Assembly (NCBI RefSeq): GCF_000186885.1
Contig: NC_014972.1
Span: 2,610,001 to 2,642,000 of the forward strand
Source of the DNA: Desulfobulbus propionicus DSM 2032
GTDB lineage: Bacteria; Desulfobacterota; Desulfobulbia; Desulfobulbales; Desulfobulbaceae
Reading direction: 5' to 3'
DNA length: 32,000 nt
In this document: positions 17,208 through 26,280 of the stretch, piece after piece
Layout of the letters: each line of letters begins with the position of its first letter
Numbering within the stretch: the first letter of the stretch is position 1
The notes under the pieces: model-generated
Databases searched by the model: none
What the model was told of the DNA's origin: nothing
What the model saw: the letters and a program-made list of their open reading frames with translations, nothing else
Position numbers and translations under genes: made by a program

Positions 17208-19337
17208 TCACCCGCGGTCACCCCGGGACGGATGAAACAGGGCGCAGTTTTCCCCTTCCTCGCCCAGACGACACGAGATGGCGTTCAGGGCCTGCCCCTC
17301 GGTGGCAAAGATGTTCTGCTCGCCGACAAAACCGTCGAGCCCGGTGGCCCGCATCACGTCCAGCACCTGTTTCTTCAGTCCGGAAAACACTACCTCCACC
17401 CCCGATTGGTGCAGTTGCGCCACCAGATTGTGCAGCATCTCCTCACCCGAGGAGTCGATGGAGTTGATGGCGTCGCCAACCACCAGGAGGAACTTGGTCT
17501 CGCGGTGATCGGCCATGGCACCCAGCACCGCATCCTCGAAATGGGCGATGTTGGCGAAGTAGAGCGAACCGTCAAAACGGATGGCCACCACCTGGGTCGA
17601 GGTGGCCAGATCCGGATGGTATTTCACATCCCGCAGGGTGCCATCCTCGTGGCGCCCAAGAATGGCTACCCGCGGCGCCATGGTGCGGTAGAGATAATGG
17701 CCGATGGCCAGCAGCGCCCCGACCATGATCCCCTTGTCGAGATGCGGCGCGGCCAGCAGGGTGACGACAAAGGTCGCCAGGGCGACCAATCCATCGGCGC
17801 GACTGGCCTTCCAGATGTGTTTGAAGGCTTGGGGCGTGACCAGACCGGCCACGGCCAGCAGGATGATCACCGCCAGCACCGCCTTGGGCAGATGATGGAT
17901 CAGCGGGGTGAGGAACAGCAGGGTGATGCCGACAAACACACCGTTGCACACCATGGCCAGCCCGGTGGTGGCCCCGGCCTGGAGATTGATGGCCGACCCG
18001 GTGAAGGATCCACAAGCCGGATAGGCCTGAAAACAGGAACCGCCGATATTGGCCAGCCCCTGACCGATCAGCTCCTGATTGGGATCAATGCGCTGCTTGG
18101 CCTTGCCGGCCATGGCCTTGGCCATGGAAATGGACTCCATGAAGGCTACCAGGGCGATGACCAGGGCGGCGCTGAACAGTTGCAGCACCCCGTCGAGACT
18201 GAAGGACGGCAGGCGCGGCGCAGGCAGGCCGGCGGGGATCGCGCCCACCACCTCGCCGCCGCCGTTCAGTTTCATTTCTCCCCGCGCGACCTTCTTGACA
18301 TGCCACTGGCGGCCGTCCGTTTCCATGCCCACCGGCTCCCGACCCCGCTGGTAGAGCAGCGCCGAACCGTGTTCCCCGGCCTTGGCGCGGACAAAATACA
18401 GCTTGCGGATATCGCGCAGCCGTTTGCGGCTTTCCAGCTCCAGCGCCTTGATATCGAGATCGAGCAGCTCGATCCGGTAGCGCAGATCGGCGGCCTCGCG
18501 TGAACTGCGGTTGCGTTCCGCCTGGCGCAAACGGGTGGCAAAGGCGGTAAGGCTGGCGTTCAACTCCTCGATCCGCTGGACCGTGGCCTGATAGGCCTCG
18601 ACCCTCGAACGGGCCTCGGGGGTGGCGATGTCGCTGACTTTGCCGCTGGCGGTGTGCTCAAAACCGATCAGGGCGCTAACCACGGTGGTCACGGCCACCA
18701 CGATCAGCACCCCGGGCTTGGCCAGGATCGCAATTTTTTTGACCAGCAGCATCAGTGCCAGGCTGAAGACCGACATGGCCAGGGTGGGCAGATGGGTCAA
18801 GGGCAGATAACCGAGCATCTCCCAGACGTCTTGAAGAAAAAAGTCGCTTCGCCCCTTGGGGATGCCGAGCAGCATGTCCAACTGGGAGAGACCGATGATG
18901 ATGGCCGCGGCATTCATGAACCCGAGGATCACCGGATGGGAGACAAAATTGACCGCGCTGCCCAGTTTGACCACACCCAGAAAGAGCTGGATGCAGCCGA
19001 CCATCAGGGTGAGCAGCAATGCCAGACCGATGTACTCTTCGGAACCGGGCATGGCCAGGGGGGCGACCGCGGCGGCGGTCATCAACGAGAGAATGGCCAC
19101 CGGCCCGGTGGCCAGCTGCCGGGAGGAACCCCACAGGGCGCCGATGATCGCGGGCACGAAGGCGGTATACAGGCCAAACTGAAGCGGCAGCCCGGAGAGC
19201 TGGGCGTAGGCCATGGCCTTGGGCACGAGCACCAAGGCGCCGGTGATGCCGGCCATCAGATCGGAGCGCAGAATAAGGGGCGAAACCGGAAACCAGGAAA
19301 GAAACGGGAAAAGGCGCACTGCCAATTTGTTGACCAT
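17208..19337 (-). CDS. SulP family anion transporter with internal coiled-coil insertion and C-terminal STAS domain
   Basis: Likely ATG at 19337 (MVNKLAVRLFPF). DLMAGITGALVLVPKAMAYAQLSGLPLQFGLYTAFVPAIIGALWGSS, FMESISMAKAMAGKAKQRIDPNQELIGQGLANIGG, STAS motif NSIDSSGEEMLHNL. Confidence 0.92.
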   Translation of the reverse strand: MVNKLAVRLFPFLSWFPVSPLILRSDLMAGITGALVLVPKAMAYAQLSGLPLQFGLYTAFVPAIIGALWGSSRQLATGPVAILSLMTAAAVAPLAMPGSEEYIGLALLLTLMVGCIQLFLGVVKLGSAVNFVSHPVILGFMNAAAIIIGLSQLDMLLGIPKGRSDFFLQDVWEMLGYLPLTHLPTLAMSVFSLALMLLVKKIAILAKPGVLIVVAVTTVVSALIGFEHTASGKVSDIATPEARSRVEAYQATVQRIEELNASLTAFATRLRQAERNRSSREAADLRYRIELLDLDIKALELESRKRLRDIRKLYFVRAKAGEHGSALLYQRGREPVGMETDGRQWHVKKVARGEMKLNGGGEVVGAIPAGLPAPRLPSFSLDGVLQLFSAALVIALVAFMESISMAKAMAGKAKQRIDPNQELIGQGLANIGGSCFQAYPACGSFTGSAINLQAGATTGLAMVCNGVFVGITLLFLTPLIHHLPKAVLAVIILLAVAGLVTPQAFKHIWKASRADGLVALATFVVTLLAAPHLDKGIMVGALLAIGHYLYRTMAPRVAILGRHEDGTLRDVKYHPDLATSTQVVAIRFDGSLYFANIAHFEDAVLGAMADHRETKFLLVVGDAINSIDSSGEEMLHNLVAQLHQSGVEVVFSGLKKQVLDVMRATGLDGFVGEQNIFATEGQALNAISCRLGEEGENCALFHPSRGDRG

Positions 19338-19432
19338 AGTCACGTATCCGATGGGAAGGATTGAAAACGGCCTGTCCGGCCAGAGGCAAACAGAACAGCA
19401 AGCCGTTCCGCTTCGTTTGGCGGCGCGTCCGC

Positions 19433-20284
19433 CTAGGCGGAAACCACCAACACCGCGCAACTGGCTTGACCGATCACCTTCTCGGTCACATGCCCCTTCA
19501 GCAGCTTGGCCACGCCCCCCCGGCCGCGGCCGCCGATGAGGATCATGTCCACGTGCTGTACCTGCGCGGCCTCGACAATGCATGCAGCCGGATCGCCCAC
19601 CGCTACCAGGGGTTCCCACGGAATCCGCAGTCCTTGCCGGCGGGCCTGGCCGCAGATCTCGGCAACCAACGCCTCAGCCTGGGGACGGTCCTCTTCCCGG
19701 CCGGCCACCGTCAACACGGTCAATCGTTCCAGGCCAGCGCAGGCGCGACTCAGACCGAGGGCCTCCTCGACGGCCCGCCGGCCGTTGGCTGAATCGTTGG
19801 CGGCCAGCAAGATCCGGGAACCGTTGATGGTGCAGTCCCTGGGAGCCACCAGCACCCGGGGGAATCCCTGGGCGATGACCTTGGCGGTCATCTTACCCAC
19901 CAACAGCGATAGGCGGCCGCTCTTGCCGTGACGGCCCATGACAATGACATCGGCCTGCCGCAAGCGGGCCTGGTCGACAATGGCCTTCTCCGGCGTGCTC
20001 GAGCCGATCACCACCACCTCGACGGCCACCCCGCTGTCCTGGGCCATGACGCGGATACGTTCCAGATGGGGGGTCAAATCCTGCTGTCCCTGACGAACAG
20101 CGAAATGGGCGGCATTGATCGACTCGACCTGGGTGTGCACCACATGGAGGACGATCACCCGGGCATGGCAGGCCTGACCAAAGAAAAGGGCTTCGCGGAC
20201 GGCTCCCTCGCTGAAGGGGGATCCGTCGGTCGCCACGAGCAGGGTCTTGGCCTCACCGAGCAGACTGGTACCAGAACATTCCAT
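19433..20284 (-). CDS. Universal stress protein with two tandem UspA domains
   Basis: Likely ATG 20284 with AGGAGG just upstream. Two Usp copies: LLVATDGSPFSEGAVREAL...VIVMGRHGKSG and ILLAANDSANGRRAVEEAL...MILIGGRGRGG. Confidence 0.92.
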   Translation of the reverse strand: MECSGTSLLGEAKTLLVATDGSPFSEGAVREALFFGQACHARVIVLHVVHTQVESINAAHFAVRQGQQDLTPHLERIRVMAQDSGVAVEVVVIGSSTPEKAIVDQARLRQADVIVMGRHGKSGRLSLLVGKMTAKVIAQGFPRVLVAPRDCTINGSRILLAANDSANGRRAVEEALGLSRACAGLERLTVLTVAGREEDRPQAEALVAEICGQARRQGLRIPWEPLVAVGDPAACIVEAAQVQHVDMILIGGRGRGGVAKLLKGHVTEKVIGQASCAVLVVSA

Positions 20285-20531
20285 GGAACCTCCTTTGGCT
20301 GGTGGATGAACACTGCCTTCCAAACTACCATCGTTGCCGCGCCAAGACAAGCGGCCCGTCATGGCGAACAGGTTCACCCTCCCGGCCAGACCGTTCCCGC
20401 CGCCAACGCCTTGGCGTCAAAGCACGTTTTTCGTTTGTTTCTTTTTCGGTTCTATGCTGAAATAATAATCATTTTGACAGCCGTCCTGTTCCGCCGCCAT
20501 CGTCCAGCCCTGCGTTCAACGGGAGAAACCC

Positions 20532-22769
20532 ATGCACAACGATGAGTTCATCGAATTGATCGAGGATGTTCCGCAACAAACCGGGAAGGCCGAACATTGT
20601 TCCATGCCGCCCTGGAAGGTCCTGATCGTCGATGACGACGTTGATGTGCATGAAAGCACCACCTTTGCCCTGCAGGGGCTGACCATCGAAGGTCGAACCC
20701 TCCAGCTGCTCCATGCCTCGTCCAGCGAGGAGGCGCTGCGCCTGCTGGTCCGGGAAGACAATATTGCCGTGATCCTGCTCGATGTGGTCATGGAAACCGA
20801 CGACTCCGGCCTGCGCGCCGTGGACGCCATCCGCAACGATCTCAACCTGCGCAACATCCGCATCATCCTCCGCACCGGGCAACCCGGCCACGCGCCGGAA
20901 ATCGAAACCATCCAGCGCTATGACATCAACGATTACAAAACCAAGAGCGAGCTGACCCGGACCAAACTGTATACCACCCTGACCACCGCCATCCGCGCCT
21001 ACCACCAGTTGAGCCGCATGGACGCCAACCGGCGCGGCCTCGAACAGATCATCGAGGCCAGCAATCAATTGATCGCCGAACGGGGATTGACCAGCTTTGC
21101 CGAAGGCATCATCATGCAGATCGCCAGCCTCATCGACATCCGGCCCGAAGGGCTGGTCTGCGCCAGCAAGGGCCATGCGTCCTCGGACAACGATCCGCAG
21201 CAGCTCAAAATCATCGCCGCGGCCGGCTGCTACCGTCACCTCATCCAACATCCGCTGGCGGATATCGGCAACGAACGGATCATCGCCGATCTGACCCGCT
21301 GCCTCAACGAACGTCGCAACCTGATCGGCGACCACAGCCTGAGCTTCTACTTTTCGGGGCGGGATGAAGCGGGATATGCCGCCTTTGTCGACTCGCCCCA
21401 GCTCCTGGACGAGATCGACCGTCATCTGTTGCAGGTCTTTTGCACCAACATCGCCCTCTGCGCGCAGAATGTGCAGCTGGTCGACCGGCTGCACGACCTG
21501 GCCTTTGTCGACACCATGCTCGGCCTGCCCAACCGGACCGCCTTTGTCCAGCAACTCAGCGCCCGGCTCGGCGATCGCCGCCACGGAGCCAGCGCCGTCG
21601 CCCTGATCGATATCGATCATTTCGCCGAAACCAACGACATGTTCGGCCATGCGTACGGCGACCTTCTTTTGGCGGCCATCGCCGCCCGGCTGCGCGAGCA
21701 TCTCAACACCGGCCACACCATCGCCCGGGTGGCTGGCGATACCTTCGCTCTGCTCGGCGATCGGCGGCAAATCAACCCCGAGCGCCTGATCGCGCTCTTC
21801 ACGCCTCCTTTCACCATCGAAGGGGTGGCCCGACCGGTCTCGGTGTCCATGGGGTTTGCGCCGATCAGCGACGAAACCGACGGCCAGGAAGTGCTCAAGA
21901 ATGCCTCCATCGCCCTCAAGCGGGCCAAGTCCAAGGGCCAGGGCCTGGCCGAAACCTATACCCCGGCGATCGGCCAGGAAACCAAGGAGCACATGGGCCT
22001 GCTCCAGGGCATCTACCATGCCTTTGCCGACCAACGGTTTTTTCTCGTCTATCAGCCGCAGATCAACCTGTTCACCAACGAGGTCACCGGTCTTGAAGCC
22101 CTGCTCCGCTGGCGGACGGCAGACGGCGCCCTGGTGCCGCCGGGACGATTCATCCCGGTGGCCGAGCGATCCGGACTGATCGTCACCCTCGGTGAATGGG
22201 TTTTGCGCTCCGCCCTGGAGGCCTGGAAGGTCATCCGCGATGCGGGCTATGCGGATCTGCGCATGGCGGTCAATGTGTCCCTGGTCCAGTGCAAGCATCC
22301 GGCGATGCTCGACATGCTCGACCACATCCTGGTCGACAGCAACGCCGACCCGGCCCACCTGGAACTGGAGATCACCGAATCAGTGGCCATCATGGGCATG
22401 GCCCAGGTCGTCTCGCTGCTCAAGGCAATCAAGGAACGCCATATCGACGTGGCCATCGACGACTTCGGCACCGGGTTTTCCTCCCTCTCCTATCTGGATC
22501 GGCTGCCGGTGGATCGGCTCAAGATTGACCGCAGTTTTGTCGCGCCCCTCGACGACAGCCGCACTGGAGCACGAATTGCCGAAATGATCGTCTCCCTCGG
22601 CCATACCCTGGGAATCACCGTGCTTGCCGAGGGCGTCGAAGATCCGGAACAGGCGGTCATCCTGAAAAACATCGGCTGCAACGAGGCGCAGGGGTATCTG
22701 TACGCCAAGCCCATGCCCCTCAACGAACTGCTTGTCTGGCTGGCCAACTGGCAGGGAGGGCGGCCGTGA
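20532..22769 (+). CDS. Response regulator: REC-DUF3369-GGDEF(degenerate)-EAL
   Basis: REC: VLIVDDDVDVHEST...VILLDVVMETDDSG. DUF3369-like linker. GGDEF-like domain (LGLPNRTAF) carrying AGDTF. EAL motifs: GLEALLRW, LELEITES, AIDDFGTGFSSLSYLDRLPVDRLKIDRSF. Confidence 0.92.
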   Translation: MHNDEFIELIEDVPQQTGKAEHCSMPPWKVLIVDDDVDVHESTTFALQGLTIEGRTLQLLHASSSEEALRLLVREDNIAVILLDVVMETDDSGLRAVDAIRNDLNLRNIRIILRTGQPGHAPEIETIQRYDINDYKTKSELTRTKLYTTLTTAIRAYHQLSRMDANRRGLEQIIEASNQLIAERGLTSFAEGIIMQIASLIDIRPEGLVCASKGHASSDNDPQQLKIIAAAGCYRHLIQHPLADIGNERIIADLTRCLNERRNLIGDHSLSFYFSGRDEAGYAAFVDSPQLLDEIDRHLLQVFCTNIALCAQNVQLVDRLHDLAFVDTMLGLPNRTAFVQQLSARLGDRRHGASAVALIDIDHFAETNDMFGHAYGDLLLAAIAARLREHLNTGHTIARVAGDTFALLGDRRQINPERLIALFTPPFTIEGVARPVSVSMGFAPISDETDGQEVLKNASIALKRAKSKGQGLAETYTPAIGQETKEHMGLLQGIYHAFADQRFFLVYQPQINLFTNEVTGLEALLRWRTADGALVPPGRFIPVAERSGLIVTLGEWVLRSALEAWKVIRDAGYADLRMAVNVSLVQCKHPAMLDMLDHILVDSNADPAHLELEITESVAIMGMAQVVSLLKAIKERHIDVAIDDFGTGFSSLSYLDRLPVDRLKIDRSFVAPLDDSRTGARIAEMIVSLGHTLGITVLAEGVEDPEQAVILKNIGCNEAQGYLYAKPMPLNELLVWLANWQGGRP

Positions 22770-23866
22770 TGCCGTTTGTGCGGGTTCTTGCGCTCTGTGT
22801 CCTCTGCCTCTACGCCTGCGGCCCGCGGGAGCCGATCCGCATCGGCCTGATCGCCGGGCTGTCCAGCCGCACCAGCGACACCGGCGAGGGCGCGCGCAAC
22901 GGCCTGCTTCTGGCCATCGAGCAGCGCAACGCCCAAGGCGGCATCCAGGGACGGAAAATTGAAATGGTCGCCGCCGACGATGGCCAGGACCCTGTCAAGG
23001 CGGTCCAGGCCATCAACGAATTGATCGCCGCCCGACCGAGCATCATCCTCGGCCCGCTCACCAGCTCCATGGCCGAGGCGGTTCTGCCCGTCGTCAACCA
23101 ATCGAATGTCGTGCTCCTCAGTCCGGTGATCACCTCGCTGCAGTTTGTCGGCAAGGACGACATGTTTTTCCGGCTCAACCGAACCACCCGCGACAATGCC
23201 GAGGAGTATTCGCGGGAAATGCTCGCCGACGGCCAGCGGCGGGTGGCGATCGCCTATGACATCCGGAACCGCTCGTTCACCGAAAGCTGGCTGCACGAAT
23301 TCCGCCGGGCATTCCAGGAACGGGGCGGTACGATCAGCAGCGCCGTCAGTTTTGCCTCGTCGGCCGATACCGCCTTTGGCGAGGTGAGCCGCCAGCTGCT
23401 CGCCAGTCACCCCCAGGGACTGCTGTTCATTGCCAACGCCATCGATGTGGCCCGTCTCGCGCAACAGGCGCGCAAACATGCCCCGGCTATCCCGCTGACC
23501 GCCGTTGAATGGGCCGCCAGCGAGCAGTTGCTCGAATTGGGTGGCAAGGCCGTGGAGGGGTTGCTCATCGCCCAGTCGCACAACCGGGCCGATACCTCGC
23601 CCCGTTTCACGGCCTTTGTAGAAGCCTATCGCCAGCGCTTTCACCAAGAGCCGGGATACACTGCGGTGGCCACCTATGACGCGGCCACCGTGTTCTTCAC
23701 CGCCATGGAACGACGTCAGCCCAACGAGCCCTTGAAGGCGGCCCTGTTGCGATGCGGCCCCTACCAGCTCCTCCAACAGCAGATCGAGTTTACTCCTTAC
23801 GGCGACACCACTCGGCAGGTGTATTTCACCCGTATCCAAAACGGCCGTTTCGTCCTGGTGCGCTGA
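22769..23866 (+). CDS. ABC-type (Leu/Ile/Val-like) periplasmic substrate-binding lipoprotein
   Basis: Lipobox-like LCLYAC, then IRIGLIAGLSSRTSDTGEGARNGLLLAIEQRNAQGGIQGRKIEMVAADDGQDPVKAVQAINELIA...GPLTSSMAEAVLPVVNQ. Start overlaps the stop of the upstream response regulator gene (GTGATG). Confidence 0.88.
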   Translation: MPFVRVLALCVLCLYACGPREPIRIGLIAGLSSRTSDTGEGARNGLLLAIEQRNAQGGIQGRKIEMVAADDGQDPVKAVQAINELIAARPSIILGPLTSSMAEAVLPVVNQSNVVLLSPVITSLQFVGKDDMFFRLNRTTRDNAEEYSREMLADGQRRVAIAYDIRNRSFTESWLHEFRRAFQERGGTISSAVSFASSADTAFGEVSRQLLASHPQGLLFIANAIDVARLAQQARKHAPAIPLTAVEWAASEQLLELGGKAVEGLLIAQSHNRADTSPRFTAFVEAYRQRFHQEPGYTAVATYDAATVFFTAMERRQPNEPLKAALLRCGPYQLLQQQIEFTPYGDTTRQVYFTRIQNGRFVLVR

Positions 23867-26193
23867 TGGCACACAAACCCTGGCGGCTAGGCACCTTTGT
23901 CATCTTCGTTCTCTCGGTCACCACGGTGACCACCATCTTCATTGTCGGCAGCCTGATCCTGCTGATCCGTATTCCGATGATCGAGCAGGAATCCCGGGCC
24001 GCCGTCCGCCAGCAGGCCGGCGAGCTGGTCGGACGGATGGAACTGCTGCTCGGCGGCCTGGAGACCCGTCTCGCTCTGGTCCGCGACGCATTGGCCCGGA
24101 TCCCGCTCGACCAGCGGGAAGACTTCCTTGACCAAGCCGTGGAATCGGCGCCGGCTTTCACCGCCATGTATCTGGTTGCGCGCCAAGGCACCATCGTCGC
24201 GGCCGGCGTGGGCCCCGACTTGCGGTCGCAGAGGCAGGATACCCATGGCATCGACCTGTCGGCCAATCCTCTTTTCCGGGCGGTGATCGGCGACGGACAG
24301 CTCAACTGGAGCGACAACTATCTCTCCTGCATGTCGGGCAGCATCACCGTCGGGTTGGGCATGGTTGCCGGAGCGGACCATGTGCTCATCGCCGAGATCC
24401 CCCCTTCCTACTTTCTCGACACGGCGCGCATCGTGGCCGGTGAACAGACTTCGCCGTTCTGGATCGTTGACCGGCGGGGCGAGGTTATCACCGCCACCGG
24501 CGACCAGTCGGCCACGGGGTCGTTCAATCTCCTGGGCCACCCCTTGTTGCAGGCAGCGATCCACAACACCCGGCTGCCGGAATTTTTCGAATACATGGGA
24601 CGGCGCTATTTTGCCGGCCTGGCGCAATCACCGGCGCTCAAGTGGTTTTTCATCGCCACGGCGCCGAGCGGCTGGCACAACCCGAAAATCCGGATGATCC
24701 TGGTGATCGTTGCCGCCGCCTTTCTGACCGCGATCCTGATCGGAACCTTCCTGACGCCCTTCTGGGCCCGGCAGCTCCTCACCCCCCTGGCCAGCATCAT
24801 CACTCAGGCCCGACAGGTTGCCGAAGGGCGGGATGATGGCGCTTGGCCGCGAGGGCACATCCGTGAACTCAACGATCTGTCCACCCACCTGGAAACCATG
24901 GCCGTGGCCATTCGTGAACGGGAACAACGTTTTTCGACCATCTTCCACACCTCGCCCACGGCGATGCTGGTCAGCGAAACCGATGCCGACTGCACCGCCT
25001 CGGATGTCAACCGGGCCTGGTGCGCCCTCTTCGGCTGGACCCGCGAGCAGATTCTCGGCAAGAAAGGAGTCGAGGTCCGCTTCTGGCAATCGTCCCAGGT
25101 GCGTGACCGGCTGTTTGCCCAGGCCGTGGACACACCGGTGCTGGAGGAGGTTTGGCTGCTCCATGCCGCCGGCCATCCCCTGCTCTGCCGTCTCTCCACC
25201 GCCCAGTTTGACATCACCGGACGGAAAATGGTGGTCTGGACCTTTGAGGATGTCACCGAAATCAGACGAATGGACCATGAACTGCGGCAACTGAACCAGG
25301 AGTTGGAACAACGGGTGATCCAGCGGACCGAGGACCTGTCGCGCAGCAACAAGGAGCTGTCCCAGGCTCTGGCCGACCTGCGGATGACCCAGCGCGAACT
25401 GGTGCGCGCTGAAAAAATGGCGGCCCTGGGCAATCTGGTCGCCGGTGTCGCCCACGAAATGAACACGCCCATCGGTAACGGCCTGATCGCGGTCACCACC
25501 CTTGCCGATCAGGCGCGCGCCTTTCGCCACGCCTCGGCCCAGGGCATCCGCCGCTCGGATCTCGAAGCCCTGTTGGCCAATATCGATCAGGCCACCGACA
25601 TCGCTTCCCGCAACCTCCATCGGGCCGCCGATCTGCTTGCCAATTTCAAGCAGGTGGCCGTGGATCAGACCAGCTGCCAGCGCCGCAGTTTTGCCGTGCA
25701 CGAGGTGATCGATGAAATCGTCACCACCCTCAAGCCGTCCTTGAAGCGCACCCCCTATGTGATCAAAACCGCCATTCCCAGCGGCCTGACCATGGACAGC
25801 TATCCTGGCCCCCTGGGCCAGGTCCTCTCGAACCTGATCAACAACGCGGTCCTCCATGGATTTGACGGACGGCCGCACGGCTGTGTCGATATCCAGGCCG
25901 AACAGGACGCCGACGGCCGCATCGTCCTGCGGGTTCACGATGACGGCAAGGGCATTGCCGCCGAGATGATCAACCGCATCTTCGATCCCTTCGTGACCAC
26001 ACGGATGAGCAGCGGCGGCACGGGCCTGGGCCTGCATATCGCCTACAACGCGGTCACCAACATTCTTGGCGGCACCCTGACGGTCGACAGTGTCGAGGGC
26101 CAGGGTACGGTGTTCACCCTGCGCCTGCCGGCCAACGCGCCCCAGGCAACCACGGAAACAGCCATGCACTATGGCCTGCCCTTGCCCCAGTAG
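23866..26193 (+). CDS. Membrane sensor histidine kinase (Cache-like, HAMP-like, PAS, HisKA/HATPase)
   Basis: Start ATG overlaps the upstream TGA (TGATG). LGNLVAGVAHEMNTPIGNG, VLSNLINNAVLHGF, DDGKGIAAEMINRIFDPFVTTRMSSGGTGLGLHIAYN. Confidence 0.92.
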   Translation: MAHKPWRLGTFVIFVLSVTTVTTIFIVGSLILLIRIPMIEQESRAAVRQQAGELVGRMELLLGGLETRLALVRDALARIPLDQREDFLDQAVESAPAFTAMYLVARQGTIVAAGVGPDLRSQRQDTHGIDLSANPLFRAVIGDGQLNWSDNYLSCMSGSITVGLGMVAGADHVLIAEIPPSYFLDTARIVAGEQTSPFWIVDRRGEVITATGDQSATGSFNLLGHPLLQAAIHNTRLPEFFEYMGRRYFAGLAQSPALKWFFIATAPSGWHNPKIRMILVIVAAAFLTAILIGTFLTPFWARQLLTPLASIITQARQVAEGRDDGAWPRGHIRELNDLSTHLETMAVAIREREQRFSTIFHTSPTAMLVSETDADCTASDVNRAWCALFGWTREQILGKKGVEVRFWQSSQVRDRLFAQAVDTPVLEEVWLLHAAGHPLLCRLSTAQFDITGRKMVVWTFEDVTEIRRMDHELRQLNQELEQRVIQRTEDLSRSNKELSQALADLRMTQRELVRAEKMAALGNLVAGVAHEMNTPIGNGLIAVTTLADQARAFRHASAQGIRRSDLEALLANIDQATDIASRNLHRAADLLANFKQVAVDQTSCQRRSFAVHEVIDEIVTTLKPSLKRTPYVIKTAIPSGLTMDSYPGPLGQVLSNLINNAVLHGFDGRPHGCVDIQAEQDADGRIVLRVHDDGKGIAAEMINRIFDPFVTTRMSSGGTGLGLHIAYNAVTNILGGTLTVDSVEGQGTVFTLRLPANAPQATTETAMHYGLPLPQ

Positions 26194-26280
26194 CGCAAGG
26201 ATGGGGAATATTCTTCAATGCCCGCGCGGACCATTGCCTTCTGGCCGCAATCTTTTCCCGCCGGGCCTCGGAGGACGTTG

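Noticed and set aside
15446-18503. ORFs 15446..16681 (-) and 17058..18503 (+)
   Set aside because: Shadow frames of the acyl-CoA ligase and SulP genes. The real genes carry diagnostic motifs.
20469-22358. 629-aa minus-strand ORF
   Set aside because: Mirror frame of the REC-DUF3369-GGDEF-EAL gene, which has clear domain motifs. No independent support.
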